Shown here in pieces: positions 19,203-28,543 of a stretch of DNA of 64,000 nt. The translations under genes and the position numbers were made by a program. Each line of letters starts with the position of its first letter. Position 1 is the first letter of the stretch. This DNA is from Pseudohongiella sp. (GTDB lineage Bacteria > Pseudomonadota > Gammaproteobacteria > Pseudomonadales > Pseudohongiellaceae): NCBI GenBank assembly GCA_030696315.1, contig JAUYSM010000075.1, forward strand, positions 72,580 to 136,579, read 5' to 3'. The notes below the pieces were generated by a model. It worked only from the letters and a program-made list of their open reading frames with translations. It was not told the origin of the DNA and did not search any database.

Positions 19203-21174
19203 TGTGCACCTTGCATCGCTCTGCGGGAACCTGATACGCCTGTTGCCGGTACAACCAGGAAGGCAGTAATACCTGCGCTAAAGCGCGCTGAACTCTGGCT
19301 TGAGACGGCGCGCCAGCATTCAGAACAACCGTTTTTGATTGCTGATCGTAAATGCCCGATACGGGTTGTTGTTGCGGTCGGAGAATAGTGAGTTGGTTGC
19401 CTTCAAGCAGCGCAAAATTCTGGTCGAACTGCATAAACGCGCGTCCTGGACTTTGATCATCGCGCGTAAAATCTCGCCCGATCATAGGTGTCTGCCCCGA
19501 AACACCCATTAACGATAACAGGGTTGGCGCAAGGTCAATTTGGCTGGCCACTGTGCTGATTTTTTTGGGTTGTATATCCGCACCAAGAATGAGCGCAGGG
19601 ATGTGAAACTTACTGACCGGTACCAACTCATTACCAAATACCCGGCTATCGTGGTCAGCAACAATCAGAAACAAGGTGTTTTGCCAATAGGCTTGTTGTC
19701 TGGCGTGCGCTATAAATTTCCCGAGCGCAAAATCGGAATATTTCACTGCGTTATTGACCGTCGCCGCGGGTTCATCAAACAGCTCTATGCGTTGCGCAGG
19801 ATACTCAAAAGGTGTGTGATTGGATGATGTAAACACAAAACTGAAAAATGGTTTGCCACTATTGTGTTGTTCAAGCAAGTGTTGCTCGGTGGCGTTAAAA
19901 AGATCTTCATCACTAGCGCCCCAGCTACCGACAAATTCGGCTTTGGGCATGTTGTTCAGGTCGATCACTTCATCAAAATCATTGCCGGTAAAAAAACTGC
20001 GCATATTGTCAAAGTGTGCTTCTCCGCCATAAACAAAGCTGGTGTTGTAACCTTGCTCTTTAAAGGTCGAGGCCAGCGTATAAAAATTCTGCTGAGCCAA
20101 TGAAAGTTTCACCACACTCTGCGCCGGGGTTGGCATAAAACCACTGACCACGGCTTCGATGCCACGCACTGAGCGGGTTCCTGTCGCAAATAACTGTTCA
20201 AACCACCAGCCTTGTTCGCTGAGCTTTTCCAGCTCAGGCGTTACTGGCAAACCACCCAGGGATTCAACGTAAGTGGCGCCCAGACTTTCTTCCAGCACAA
20301 TCACAAGATTTAATGGTTTTGCGCGTTTGATACTGGCCTCATGATGGTGAAGAGTAGGCCTGTCGAGTCTGTCAAAGTTGATGTTTTGCAGCCAAGGCCA
20401 GTCCATCGCCGCAGCAAACATATCCGAATCGGGCATGCTGCCGTAAATGTCACCAGACGTAGATTCATACTGCAGACTGTAAAGCGCATATAGCACTGAG
20501 TAAGGCGAACTGATCATCAATGAGTTGACCAAGGGATCGCCGGTTGTTGAAAACATCGCGGGATTGGCAGGACGGTGGTCGGCGGTAGACCGGACGGCAA
20601 CAAAAATCATCAGCACCACTACGGGCCAACTCATCCACAAGGTTTTGTTGCTGAACATCAGCACATTGTTGCAGGCTCGTTTGATGATTTTGTGCATCAT
20701 ATAAATCAGGGCCGCGGTCGCTGCGATGGCCAACGCCACCATTGGCAGATAACCTTGCCACAACATACTCAGCACTTCTTTGGGGTATTTCAGGTACTCG
20801 ACATACAGTCGGTTTGGCCGGACATCGTATTCAAGGATAAATTGTGGTGACGCCAGTTCCACAAAAATGCTCAACGATAATGCCAGCATCGCCCAGAGAT
20901 AACAGAACATCAGCCAACTGCGACTGTAGCGCTGCACACCCCAGACGGGCGCTAGCAAGACGGGTATGGCTAACAATAAACCGCCCAAAATCAAATCGGC
21001 ACGGATGCCTTGCAGCATGAGAAGTCCAACCGACGTTGCATCGGTGACGCGTTGCCATTGCCAGGCAATCAACAGCAGACGACTCAGGCTCATCAACCCA
21101 AGCAGACACATTAACATCACGAACAGCGGATAATAGCTGCCCGTCCACTTCCTGATTGATTGATCAAGTTGCAT
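19192..21174 (-). CDS. LTA synthase family / phosphoglycerol transferase (MdoB/OpgB-like, alkaline phosphatase superfamily)
   Basis: N-terminal TM helices; NLVIVLEESLG, catalytic Thr region GTRSVRG, TSSNHTPF, LIVADHD, SQIDLAPT. Confidence 0.88.
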   Translation of the reverse strand: MQLDQSIRKWTGSYYPLFVMLMCLLGLMSLSRLLLIAWQWQRVTDATSVGLLMLQGIRADLILGGLLLAIPVLLAPVWGVQRYSRSWLMFCYLWAMLALSLSIFVELASPQFILEYDVRPNRLYVEYLKYPKEVLSMLWQGYLPMVALAIAATAALIYMMHKIIKRACNNVLMFSNKTLWMSWPVVVLMIFVAVRSTADHRPANPAMFSTTGDPLVNSLMISSPYSVLYALYSLQYESTSGDIYGSMPDSDMFAAAMDWPWLQNINFDRLDRPTLHHHEASIKRAKPLNLVIVLEESLGATYVESLGGLPVTPELEKLSEQGWWFEQLFATGTRSVRGIEAVVSGFMPTPAQSVVKLSLAQQNFYTLASTFKEQGYNTSFVYGGEAHFDNMRSFFTGNDFDEVIDLNNMPKAEFVGSWGASDEDLFNATEQHLLEQHNSGKPFFSFVFTSSNHTPFEYPAQRIELFDEPAATVNNAVKYSDFALGKFIAHARQQAYWQNTLFLIVADHDSRVFGNELVPVSKFHIPALILGADIQPKKISTVASQIDLAPTLLSLMGVSGQTPMIGRDFTRDDQSPGRAFMQFDQNFALLEGNQLTILRPQQQPVSGIYDQQSKTVVLNAGAPSQARVQRALAQVLLPSWLYRQQAYQVPAERCKVHMPC

Positions 21175-21223
21175 GGTGTTCCAACGTCTTTAAATTGAAT
21201 GTGATTCACCGTAACACTTGAAA

Positions 21224-21240
21224 CTTAATGTTTTCTTAAG
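21224..21240 (+). promoter_or_regulatory. PmrA/BasR-type direct-repeat box
   Basis: CTTAAT-GTTTT-CTTAAG matches the YTTAAK-N5-YTTAAK PmrA box; it lies between the divergent dgkA and phosphoglycerol-transferase genes, with TAAACT 10 nt downstream. Confidence 0.6.
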
Positions 21241-21288
21241 GAAGCAGAAGTAAACTCTGGCTCATCAATACAACAGGTTATTCATGTT

Positions 21289-21657
21289 ATGAAATCTGAA
21301 GCAAAAGGCTGGCGGCGTTGGATCGCGGCTACCCGCTACTCCTGGCAAGGTCTCAAGGCCGGCTGGAAATCTGAAGCGGCCATCCGGCAAGAAATCATTG
21401 CGATGGTGATTTTGTTGCCGGTGGCCATGCTGGTGGATGTCAGTGCTGCCGAACGCGCAGTGCTGCTGCTGAGTCTTACGATGGTGCTGGTGGTGGAGCT
21501 CTTAAATACAGGGATAGAAACGGTTGTAGATCGTTTGGGTGAAGAGTTCCATGAGTTGAGTGGAAAAGCCAAAGATCTGGGGTCAGCGGCGGTATTGCTG
21601 GCACTATTGACAGCAACAGCGGTCTGGTTGCTGATTGTGCCGGCGAGTCTGTTTTGA
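21289..21657 (+). CDS. dgkA: Diacylglycerol kinase
   Basis: YSWQGLKA, EAAIRQE, ELLNTGIETVVD, AKDLGSAAV. Confidence 0.95.
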   Translation: MKSEAKGWRRWIAATRYSWQGLKAGWKSEAAIRQEIIAMVILLPVAMLVDVSAAERAVLLLSLTMVLVVELLNTGIETVVDRLGEEFHELSGKAKDLGSAAVLLALLTATAVWLLIVPASLF

Positions 21658-21715
21658 GTTCGGCACCACGGTTTTGTATTCCGCCAATCTGCTTTGACGT
21701 TTAAAAATAAGCCGC

Positions 21716-21742
21716 GACGGATATTTTTGTGGCTTGCGTATA
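21716..21742 (+). promoter_or_regulatory. Candidate ECF-sigma promoter
   Basis: GACGG-N16-CGTATA, 35 nt upstream of the EF-hand gene start; ECF-like -10 CGTA and spacing. Confidence 0.4.
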
Positions 21743-21777
21743 AATTCCCGAACACACTTCATTCGGAGTTACAAAAA

Positions 21778-22398
21778 ATGTCCACCCGTCATCATGTCAG
21801 AAAAATCATTTATGTGGGTTTTGCCGCACTGGCAATACCATTCCTGGCAAACGCTCAGCAGTCAGCACCCACGCCAGCGCAAAACCAGAATCAAGATCAG
21901 CAGGTCCAGGGTCAAGGTCAGGGCCAGGGCCAGGGCCGTATGCAAATGTTCAGTCGGCTGGACACAAACAGTGATGGTTCCCTCAATTTTGAAGAGTTCT
22001 CGGCAATGCCTCGTCCTGAGAATCGGCCAGAGGGCGCCAATGCACCAGAAGCATTAGAGCAACGTTTTACGCGTATGGACAGCGATGGCAATGGCCTGTT
22101 GTCACCCGACGAACTGCAACAAGGACAACGTCGTGGCAACGGCGGTGGCATGCGTCCGCAGGGACAGGGTGACGGACAAGGCCGCCCGGAACGTCAGGGT
22201 CAAGGCCAGGGTCAAGGCCAAGGCCAAGGAGACATGCGTCAACGCATGGAAAACATGACACCCGAGCAGCGTGAACAGATGCGTGAACGTATGCAGCAAA
22301 TGACGCCTGAACAGCGCCAGCAAATGATGCAACGCCGTCAAGGTCAACCTGCTGCACCGGCGACGAGTGGCGCGCCTGCGCACGACCACGGTGAGTGA
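21778..22398 (+). CDS. Secreted two-EF-hand protein with Gln-Gly and MTPEQR repeats
   Basis: Signal peptide ending ANA-Q; EF loops DTNSDGSLNFEE and DSDGNGLLSPDE; GGAG before ATG 21778. Confidence 0.85.
   Translation: MSTRHHVRKIIYVGFAALAIPFLANAQQSAPTPAQNQNQDQQVQGQGQGQGQGRMQMFSRLDTNSDGSLNFEEFSAMPRPENRPEGANAPEALEQRFTRMDSDGNGLLSPDELQQGQRRGNGGGMRPQGQGDGQGRPERQGQGQGQGQGQGDMRQRMENMTPEQREQMRERMQQMTPEQRQQMMQRRQGQPAAPATSGAPAHDHGE
21907..21936 (+). repeat. Coding hexamer repeat (CARGGN)5 = (QG)5
   Basis: cagggt caaggt cagggc cagggc cagggc. Confidence 0.9.
22195..22230 (+). repeat. Coding hexamer repeat (CARGGN)6 = (QG)6
   Basis: cagggt caaggc cagggt caaggc caaggc caagga. Confidence 0.9.
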
Positions 22399-22478
22399 TC
22401 AGCATTGCTGGTCTAGCCTGCAATGACTTTACGCGGTTTACCCTGAAAGGACTTACAGAGGTCATTGGCAGTCGGTAA

Positions 22479-23096
22479 ATGTTAACGGACGAGCAAGTAA
22501 TGACAGCAATTGCCGACGGCGATCAGCGCGTGTACGCGGATGCCGTTCGGCAACACAGCCGGGCAATCGGGTTCTACGCATTCAGGATGCTGGGTAACAA
22601 AGACAGCGCTGAAGATATTGCGCAGGAGACGTTTCTGCGCCTGTGGACACATGCCGATCGATGGCGGTCAGACAAAGCAAGTATTTCGACCTGGTTGCAT
22701 CGTATCGCGCATAATCTTTGTATTGATTCAATGCGTAAAGATCGATCGTCTCAAACCGAAGAGTTTGAGGACGAAATCCCGGATCAAGCGCGAGATGCAG
22801 AGTTGCAACAGGAATGGGATGAGCGTCAACAACGCTTACAGGCTGCGTTAATGATGATGCCCGAGCGTCAGCGCAGCGCCATCGTGTTGACGCATTATCA
22901 AGGGCTGGGCAATCAGGCAGTTGCCAGCATCATGGATCTGTCGGTTGATGCCTTGGAGTCGCTGCTGGCAAGATCGCGCCGCGCTTTGCGCACCATGCTG
23001 GCAGACTTGCAGGAACCCGTGCATAACAAACAAGTGCGGCTACATCAGAGTAATGACAAAAAAGCCGGTCAATCGGGACCGGGGGAGCAGACATGA
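22479..23096 (+). CDS. ECF RNA polymerase sigma factor
   Basis: Region 2 AEDIAQETFLRLW...WLHRIAHNLCID; region 4.2 MPERQRSAIVL...ALESLLARSRRALR. Confidence 0.93.
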   Translation: MLTDEQVMTAIADGDQRVYADAVRQHSRAIGFYAFRMLGNKDSAEDIAQETFLRLWTHADRWRSDKASISTWLHRIAHNLCIDSMRKDRSSQTEEFEDEIPDQARDAELQQEWDERQQRLQAALMMMPERQRSAIVLTHYQGLGNQAVASIMDLSVDALESLLARSRRALRTMLADLQEPVHNKQVRLHQSNDKKAGQSGPGEQT

Positions 23097-23557
23097 CAAT
23101 TTCCCTGCAGCGTTTTGAGCAACTGCTGGATGCGTATGGCGCCAGTCCTCAGCGTTGGCCGGATCATGAGCGGGCGGCGGCATTACAATTGCTGGCGCAA
23201 TCCCCGCACGCCGTGCAGTTGATGCAAAACGTACAGTGGCTGGATCAGGAACTTGATCTGCTGCCCGCGCCGGACTTTTCGCACTTGAGTGCAAAACTAT
23301 TGCAACAGCCTTTGCCAGCGCGTCAGAAAAGTCTGACAGAACAGTTGTTGGGATGGTTGTTACCCTTGCAACAACATTCTACAGCGCTATTCTGGCGACC
23401 CGCTGCGCTGGCCTGTGTACCCTTGATGCTGGGACTGGTGTTGGGTAATCAACTGGATATTTTTTCGGATGCCTACGCGGATGATATGTACAGTGTGGAA
23501 GTGGAAGAAACTGAGTTGGATCTGATTTCGCTGGCCGATTATTCGGAGACCCTGTAA
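23093..23557 (+). CDS. Probable membrane anti-sigma factor
   Basis: Directly after the ECF gene (ATGA overlap); N-terminal RFEQLLDAYGASPQRWP, one TM helix, acidic tail. Confidence 0.65.
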   Translation: MTISLQRFEQLLDAYGASPQRWPDHERAAALQLLAQSPHAVQLMQNVQWLDQELDLLPAPDFSHLSAKLLQQPLPARQKSLTEQLLGWLLPLQQHSTALFWRPAALACVPLMLGLVLGNQLDIFSDAYADDMYSVEVEETELDLISLADYSETL

Positions 23558-24087
23558 TGAGTCTGAATCGCAAAAACGTTCTGATATGGATCGTTGTGGT
23601 CTCGGTCAGCATCAATCTGTTTTTTGTTGGCACCTTGACAGCACGCTATCTGGAAATGCGCAATACCTCTGCCGCCCCGGTCAATATGCGCTGGGTGATG
23701 CGCGACCTGGAGCCTGCAGAGCGAGAGCAACTGTTACCGCAGATCCGCGCGCAGAATGATGTACTGAGACCTTTGCGTATGGATATGTTCCGTGCGCAGC
23801 GCGAAGTGAACCAGCTGTTAGCAGCAGATCCCGTAGATCAGCCAGCGGTACTGGAGGCTTTTGCCCGTTTGCGGGAAGTCAACCTGCGTTACCAACAGTT
23901 GTCACATGAACAACTGACCAGCGTTTTTGCGCAGTTGACGCCCATGCAGCGCCAACGGGCCTTCAGATTCATGTCTGAACGCGGCGATCCAATGGAGGGA
24001 GGAGGGCGCCCAGGTCCTGGTCCAGACCGTAATGGTGATCGCATTCGTGATATGCCGCGCGACGGTGAACGTGCTCCCAATCTCTGA
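23557..24087 (+). CDS. Periplasmic heavy-metal sensor family protein (Spy/CpxP/ZraP/CnrX-like)
   Basis: Anchor ending VSINLFFVG, helical body, LTPMQR (LTxxQ-like) motif. Confidence 0.75.
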   Translation: MSLNRKNVLIWIVVVSVSINLFFVGTLTARYLEMRNTSAAPVNMRWVMRDLEPAEREQLLPQIRAQNDVLRPLRMDMFRAQREVNQLLAADPVDQPAVLEAFARLREVNLRYQQLSHEQLTSVFAQLTPMQRQRAFRFMSERGDPMEGGGRPGPGPDRNGDRIRDMPRDGERAPNL

Positions 24088-24097
24088 GCGAGGTCTG

Positions 24098-26017
24098 TCA
24101 GTCACTGAGCATGTCAGCGTACGGGGTGTCAGCCGGTAACTTAACCGCGTGAGCCATGCCAGGAATGCTGATGCTGTCCGTTGTGACCGCCAGTGTCGCA
24201 CCGTCCAGTACATTATGATCAAATCGGTAGATCAACTCCGCCATACCACGCTGTGCCTGTTCGTCGTAATCGCGCGCATTCTGTTTGACCTGTTCCTGTT
24301 TGTGCTGCCAGTTTTTAAAGGCATCATCACCGTGCCGGCGTTTCAGCATTTTTTCTGTCAGATGGGGGGCCAGAATGGATGCGCTGGCGTTGTTACCACC
24401 AAACCCTTTGGCATTCAGGATGACGGCATCCATCCCTTTAGCACCAACCTCGCGGTGTTGTAACAGAAATTCCAGATTGTTTTGATGGACATCATCCGCA
24501 ATTGATTCCGTGCCGCTGATGCCCGGAATAATGCCGTAGCGCCATACGCCCAGACTATTCACCAGTTGATCGGCTGACGCAGATGCCAGTGAATGTCCCA
24601 GATAAGTCTTGATTGCCGCAACTGGCCAGCGCTCTATACCGAATGTTCCGGCCAATGTGCTGAAAATATGCGACTCGGTCACGCGATTCTGTGGTGTGCC
24701 CGTGCCGTGTGCCTGAACATACGAGCGCGTTTGCAGGCCTTGATGCCCAATCACAGCTGCCGTGGCAGCCATGGCTTTGGCCATGGTGATGTAGTTGCCG
24801 GCGCCCGGGCTGGAAATGGATTTTTTATAACCATCGGCATTCACAAACACATCGTTGACTGAGCCATAAATATTGGCACCCAGTTCCAGCGCCAGTTTGT
24901 CATCACACAGCACCACAAACTGCGCGGACTCCCCCAGCGTAAAACCCGCGTTGACACCAAAAGGCCGACAGGCGCGACGATGATCGGGTTTTGTCAGGTG
25001 CTTATCTTTATCCAGTGCCAGCAGCGCAGCGTCGTCCACCAGTGCGCCCATAGTGGTATAACCATCCATGATTTCCGGTGTCAGTGGCGCTTCGGAAGTG
25101 CCAACAATCACCAGTCTGTGTGTTCCACTGCGGATATCGCGGATGCCTTGACGCAAGTTGTACAGGAACGTTGCACAGGCCGCGGCATTGGTGCCTGTTG
25201 TGCCAAGATTCCCGAGCACATACGCATTGATAAAATCCGCCGGCATTTCGGCAAAACCCAGTGCCAGTTGTTTGGAGGACACTTTTTTGCCCAGCAGGCG
25301 CGCCTGCAACAGTCCCCCGTTGCCGTCGTAATCCATCTGGCTCATGCTGCTACCAGCATACACACTGATCTGGTCGGCAGGCACGGTGTTGAGTACGGTT
25401 TCCCAGGGAATGCCCAGTGATTGCAGGGCATCGCTGGCGCCGAATACCGTCAGCTGTAAGCCGCGTGGATGATTGCGAGAGGCATACAAGGCTTTTGGAT
25501 CAAAACCGCGAGGCAGCTGGCCGGCAGAATTGACCGGAGACTTGCGCCAGTTCTCCGTCAATATGTCCATGCTGGTCGGAATCTCGACATGCAGGTGACC
25601 TGGCTCAGCCTCACTGATCAGCCAGCCCAGTGGGATATGATCCGGCAAATGCTGGCGCTTGATGGTGAAGCTGACGGGTTGGTCATCGCTGGCCTGCAGC
25701 GTGGCGCGTTTGTGGTACAGCAATCGCTCAGGATCAAACAGGTTATTTTCCAGTTTACGGATCAAGGTGCCAGCTTTTAATACCGGATCGAGTTGCATCA
25801 GGGCAGTGTGCAGATCAACGCTTTCGCCGGCTGTATTCAACCAGTAGCCGTTTTCATACTTGATCAGTCCCATCAGAGTAGCCAGACTGGCTCTGGTCTG
25901 CATGGCATCGGCGGCAGGCAGCCTATCGATTACCAATCGTCGGTAGCCATGGTGAGCCGAGCTGCGCCCGGCCGGGTTGATGCCCCCAAAGCCAATGATG
26001 ACAGGTAATGCGGTCAT
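24098..26017 (-). CDS. fabY: FabY-type beta-ketoacyl-ACP synthase (long KASI/II family)
   Basis: LPVIIGFGGINPAGRSS start, catalytic AACAT, QAHGTGTPQN, YLGHSL, KGFGGNN; 639 aa. Confidence 0.85.
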   Translation of the reverse strand: MTALPVIIGFGGINPAGRSSAHHGYRRLVIDRLPAADAMQTRASLATLMGLIKYENGYWLNTAGESVDLHTALMQLDPVLKAGTLIRKLENNLFDPERLLYHKRATLQASDDQPVSFTIKRQHLPDHIPLGWLISEAEPGHLHVEIPTSMDILTENWRKSPVNSAGQLPRGFDPKALYASRNHPRGLQLTVFGASDALQSLGIPWETVLNTVPADQISVYAGSSMSQMDYDGNGGLLQARLLGKKVSSKQLALGFAEMPADFINAYVLGNLGTTGTNAAACATFLYNLRQGIRDIRSGTHRLVIVGTSEAPLTPEIMDGYTTMGALVDDAALLALDKDKHLTKPDHRRACRPFGVNAGFTLGESAQFVVLCDDKLALELGANIYGSVNDVFVNADGYKKSISSPGAGNYITMAKAMAATAAVIGHQGLQTRSYVQAHGTGTPQNRVTESHIFSTLAGTFGIERWPVAAIKTYLGHSLASASADQLVNSLGVWRYGIIPGISGTESIADDVHQNNLEFLLQHREVGAKGMDAVILNAKGFGGNNASASILAPHLTEKMLKRRHGDDAFKNWQHKQEQVKQNARDYDEQAQRGMAELIYRFDHNVLDGATLAVTTDSISIPGMAHAVKLPADTPYADMLSD

Positions 26018-26108
26018 GTGTTCTCTCCGACGAATACGCTCGACTGCGCGAAAGGCGCTACTATAGCCAAGACAGTGTGAAGCAAATAGGGCTTAATGGT
26101 CATTTAAT

Positions 26109-26678
26109 ATGGTAATAAAGACAGAGAATGCCCTGATGGCAAGCTTTGACCTGGCATACAACGCGCGCATTGCGCAGTTGCATGCCTCTTTGGGTATAGC
26201 ACCCGGATATGCCCAGCGCTCAGGTTTACCGCTACAGTCAGAGCCCGATGAACTGGTTGATGCGGGCAAGGACATGTTTGACCGGGATCAGCGGTTGACA
26301 CCTTCAGCGCTGGCGGCCTGGCAGAATATGCAACGGATGGCAGCAGATCAGGGCATCACTTTGCTGCTGGTTTCGGCGTTCCGTAGTGTCGACTATCAGG
26401 CTCAGTTGATTCGTAAAAAACTTGATTCAGGCCGTACCCTGGACGACATCATGCAATTTAATGCAGCGCCGGGCTTCAGTGAACACCACACTGGCCGGGC
26501 AGTGGATATCGCCTGTCCAGAGGATGAGCCTCTGCAAGAATCATTTGAAAATACCAATGCGTTCAAATGGTTAAGCGAAAACGCCGGCCGCTTTGGATTT
26601 GTCATGTCCTACCCTCGGGAGCACCGCCATGCCATCAGTTATGAGCCCTGGCACTGGTGTTTCCAACTGGATCAATAA
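26109..26678 (+). CDS. M15 (VanY-like) D-Ala-D-Ala carboxypeptidase
   Basis: SAFRS, APGFSEHHTGRAVD, YEPWHW. The start may be ATG 26136. Confidence 0.9.
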   Translation: MVIKTENALMASFDLAYNARIAQLHASLGIAPGYAQRSGLPLQSEPDELVDAGKDMFDRDQRLTPSALAAWQNMQRMAADQGITLLLVSAFRSVDYQAQLIRKKLDSGRTLDDIMQFNAAPGFSEHHTGRAVDIACPEDEPLQESFENTNAFKWLSENAGRFGFVMSYPREHRHAISYEPWHWCFQLDQ

Positions 26679-26773
26679 TTTAAATTATCTGCCGGATGCC
26701 CCTTAGACAAACTCAAAACAATGGAGTAGGCTTGGATCGTAGCTAGACGCAAGACACACGGAGAACGTGACGC

Positions 26774-27907
26774 ATGAGTTGGAGTAAGGTAACGGGCAAT
26801 CAGTCTTTATCCGCGAGTTTGGTAAAACGCTGGTGGGCAGGGTTGCAGCCATTCCTTATGAGGTTTACCCGTTCAAGACAGGATCGCTTCGTTACTGCCA
26901 GATTATTCCTGGGATCGCTGTTTGTGAGCACATTACTGGCCTCGCCGAGTATGGCCAATACCGGCTCTGATGCCAATTTTCAGTCCTGGTTGCAGGCTTT
27001 GATTGAAGAAGCCCGCGCCTCCGGTATCTCTGAATCCATTATTGAGCAGGCGCTGGTGCCTGTGACCCCTATCCCGCAAGTCATCAGTAATGACCGCAAT
27101 CAGGCTGAGTTTGTTGAAACGCTGGCCATGTATCTGGAAAAGCGTGTGACCGCATGGCGCATCAACACGGGCCGTACCCGATTGGCGCAGCACGCTGAAT
27201 TACTGGCTGAAGTGGGCGAGCGTTATGGTGTCTCGCCCCGTGTGATTGTGGCGATCTGGGGAATTGAAACCAACTACGGCAGTTTCACAGGAGGCACCGA
27301 TGTGATCAGGGCATTGGTGACGCTGGCCTATGATCCGCGTCGGGCCGACTATTTCAGAGGCGAATTGCTGGCGGCATTACACATCCTGCAGGATGGCCAT
27401 ATCACGCATCCGGACATGAAAGGGTCCTGGGCCGGTGCCATGGGTCAAAGCCAGTTTATGCCCAGCAGTTTCCGCGATTTTGCGGTGGACTTTAACGGTG
27501 ATGGCCGTCGCGATATCTGGACAACCGAGGCTGATGTGTTTGCATCGATAGCCAATTATCTGGCTGCGGCTGGCTGGCGCGAAGGCGAACGTTGGGGCCG
27601 CGAAGTCGCGATCCCAGCCGATTATCACGCACGCGCCGAGCAATGGCAGCAAGTCGATGCAGTGCATTCCTGCAGTGTGCTGCGCCGACACACCGTGCAG
27701 TTGCCAGTGAACGAATGGCAGATGTACGGTGTCAGACAAGTAGGTGGTGATGATTTGCCGCCAGCCGATATACCGGCATCCATTGTGTTCCCAGATGGTG
27801 CCGATGGTCAGGCCTTCCTGACTTACCCGAATTTCCGCGCCATTTTGCGGTATAACTGTGCAAATAATTATGCTCTTGCAGTAGCCCGATTGGCCGATAG
27901 TTTCTAG
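26774..27907 (+). CDS. Lytic murein transglycosylase (MltB/SltB, SLT_2 family)
   Basis: NQAEF, AIWGIETNYG, GSWAGAMGQSQFMPSS, DFNGDGRRDIW, YNCANNYA. The start is uncertain. Confidence 0.92.
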   Translation: MSWSKVTGNQSLSASLVKRWWAGLQPFLMRFTRSRQDRFVTARLFLGSLFVSTLLASPSMANTGSDANFQSWLQALIEEARASGISESIIEQALVPVTPIPQVISNDRNQAEFVETLAMYLEKRVTAWRINTGRTRLAQHAELLAEVGERYGVSPRVIVAIWGIETNYGSFTGGTDVIRALVTLAYDPRRADYFRGELLAALHILQDGHITHPDMKGSWAGAMGQSQFMPSSFRDFAVDFNGDGRRDIWTTEADVFASIANYLAAAGWREGERWGREVAIPADYHARAEQWQQVDAVHSCSVLRRHTVQLPVNEWQMYGVRQVGGDDLPPADIPASIVFPDGADGQAFLTYPNFRAILRYNCANNYALAVARLADSF

Positions 27908-28009
27908 AGACGTTTTAATTACGGGCTCCACATGGAGCAGGAGGGTAGCCGAAGTAGATAGAGTAAACACTTTGATAAATGATCAGCGTTAAACAGGAGA
28001 CAATTGATT

Positions 28010-28426
28010 ATGTCCAATGAATTTCAAGTAGTGTTTCATAATATCGATCAATCCGACGCCTTGAACGACAGCGTGCAAAAACGCATAGAGAAGTTACGTC
28101 GTTTCAGCAATGACATTATCGGCGGTCGGGTGGTTCTGGATTCACCTCACAATAATCAGCACAAAGGCAAAGTCTTTTCAGTCGCTATCGAGATACACAC
28201 AGGTGGTAAACCTGTTGTTGTCACCCAGGAGCAGCATGACAATCATGCTCACGAAGATTTGTACGTTGCCATCCGCGATGCATTTAATGCAGCGGAGCGA
28301 CAATTGAAGTCTGTCGACAAAAAGCACCGTAAAGAAGCCATCCACAAAAATCCGGATGCCGTGGACGACGGCCTCGATGATGTGATCGACGACGAGTTAC
28401 CGGAATATACCAGCGCAGTCGGTTAA
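28010..28426 (+). CDS. HPF/RaiA family ribosome-associated protein
   Basis: FHNIDQSDAL...IEKL, HEDLYVAIRDAFNAAERQL; AGGAG RBS. Confidence 0.85.
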   Translation: MSNEFQVVFHNIDQSDALNDSVQKRIEKLRRFSNDIIGGRVVLDSPHNNQHKGKVFSVAIEIHTGGKPVVVTQEQHDNHAHEDLYVAIRDAFNAAERQLKSVDKKHRKEAIHKNPDAVDDGLDDVIDDELPEYTSAVG

Positions 28427-28459
28427 GACTTAATTACCCTCAAGACACACCGCATATAA

Positions 28460-28483
28460 GGAGCCCGTCCACCGATGGGCTCC
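28460..28483 (+). terminator. Stem-loop after the hpf-like gene
   Basis: GGAGCCCGTC-CACC-GATGGGCTCC; weak U tract. Confidence 0.5.
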
Positions 28484-28543
28484 CCTTGCAATCAGATCAA
28501 CCTCTTTCAGTACATTACAAAATCGCAGGGAGTCAACACGACC

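Noticed and set aside
19192-21174. Lipoteichoic acid synthesis
   Set aside because: The host is clearly diderm (lptE, TBDR); the family name reflects the fold only.
21907-22230. CRISPR-like or intergenic repeat array
   Set aside because: These are in-frame hexamer repeats with synonymous variation and no spacers; no cas genes are present.
24098-26017. Polyketide or secondary-metabolite cluster
   Set aside because: A lone FabY-type KAS with no ACP, AT or tailoring genes; primary fatty-acid initiation explains it.
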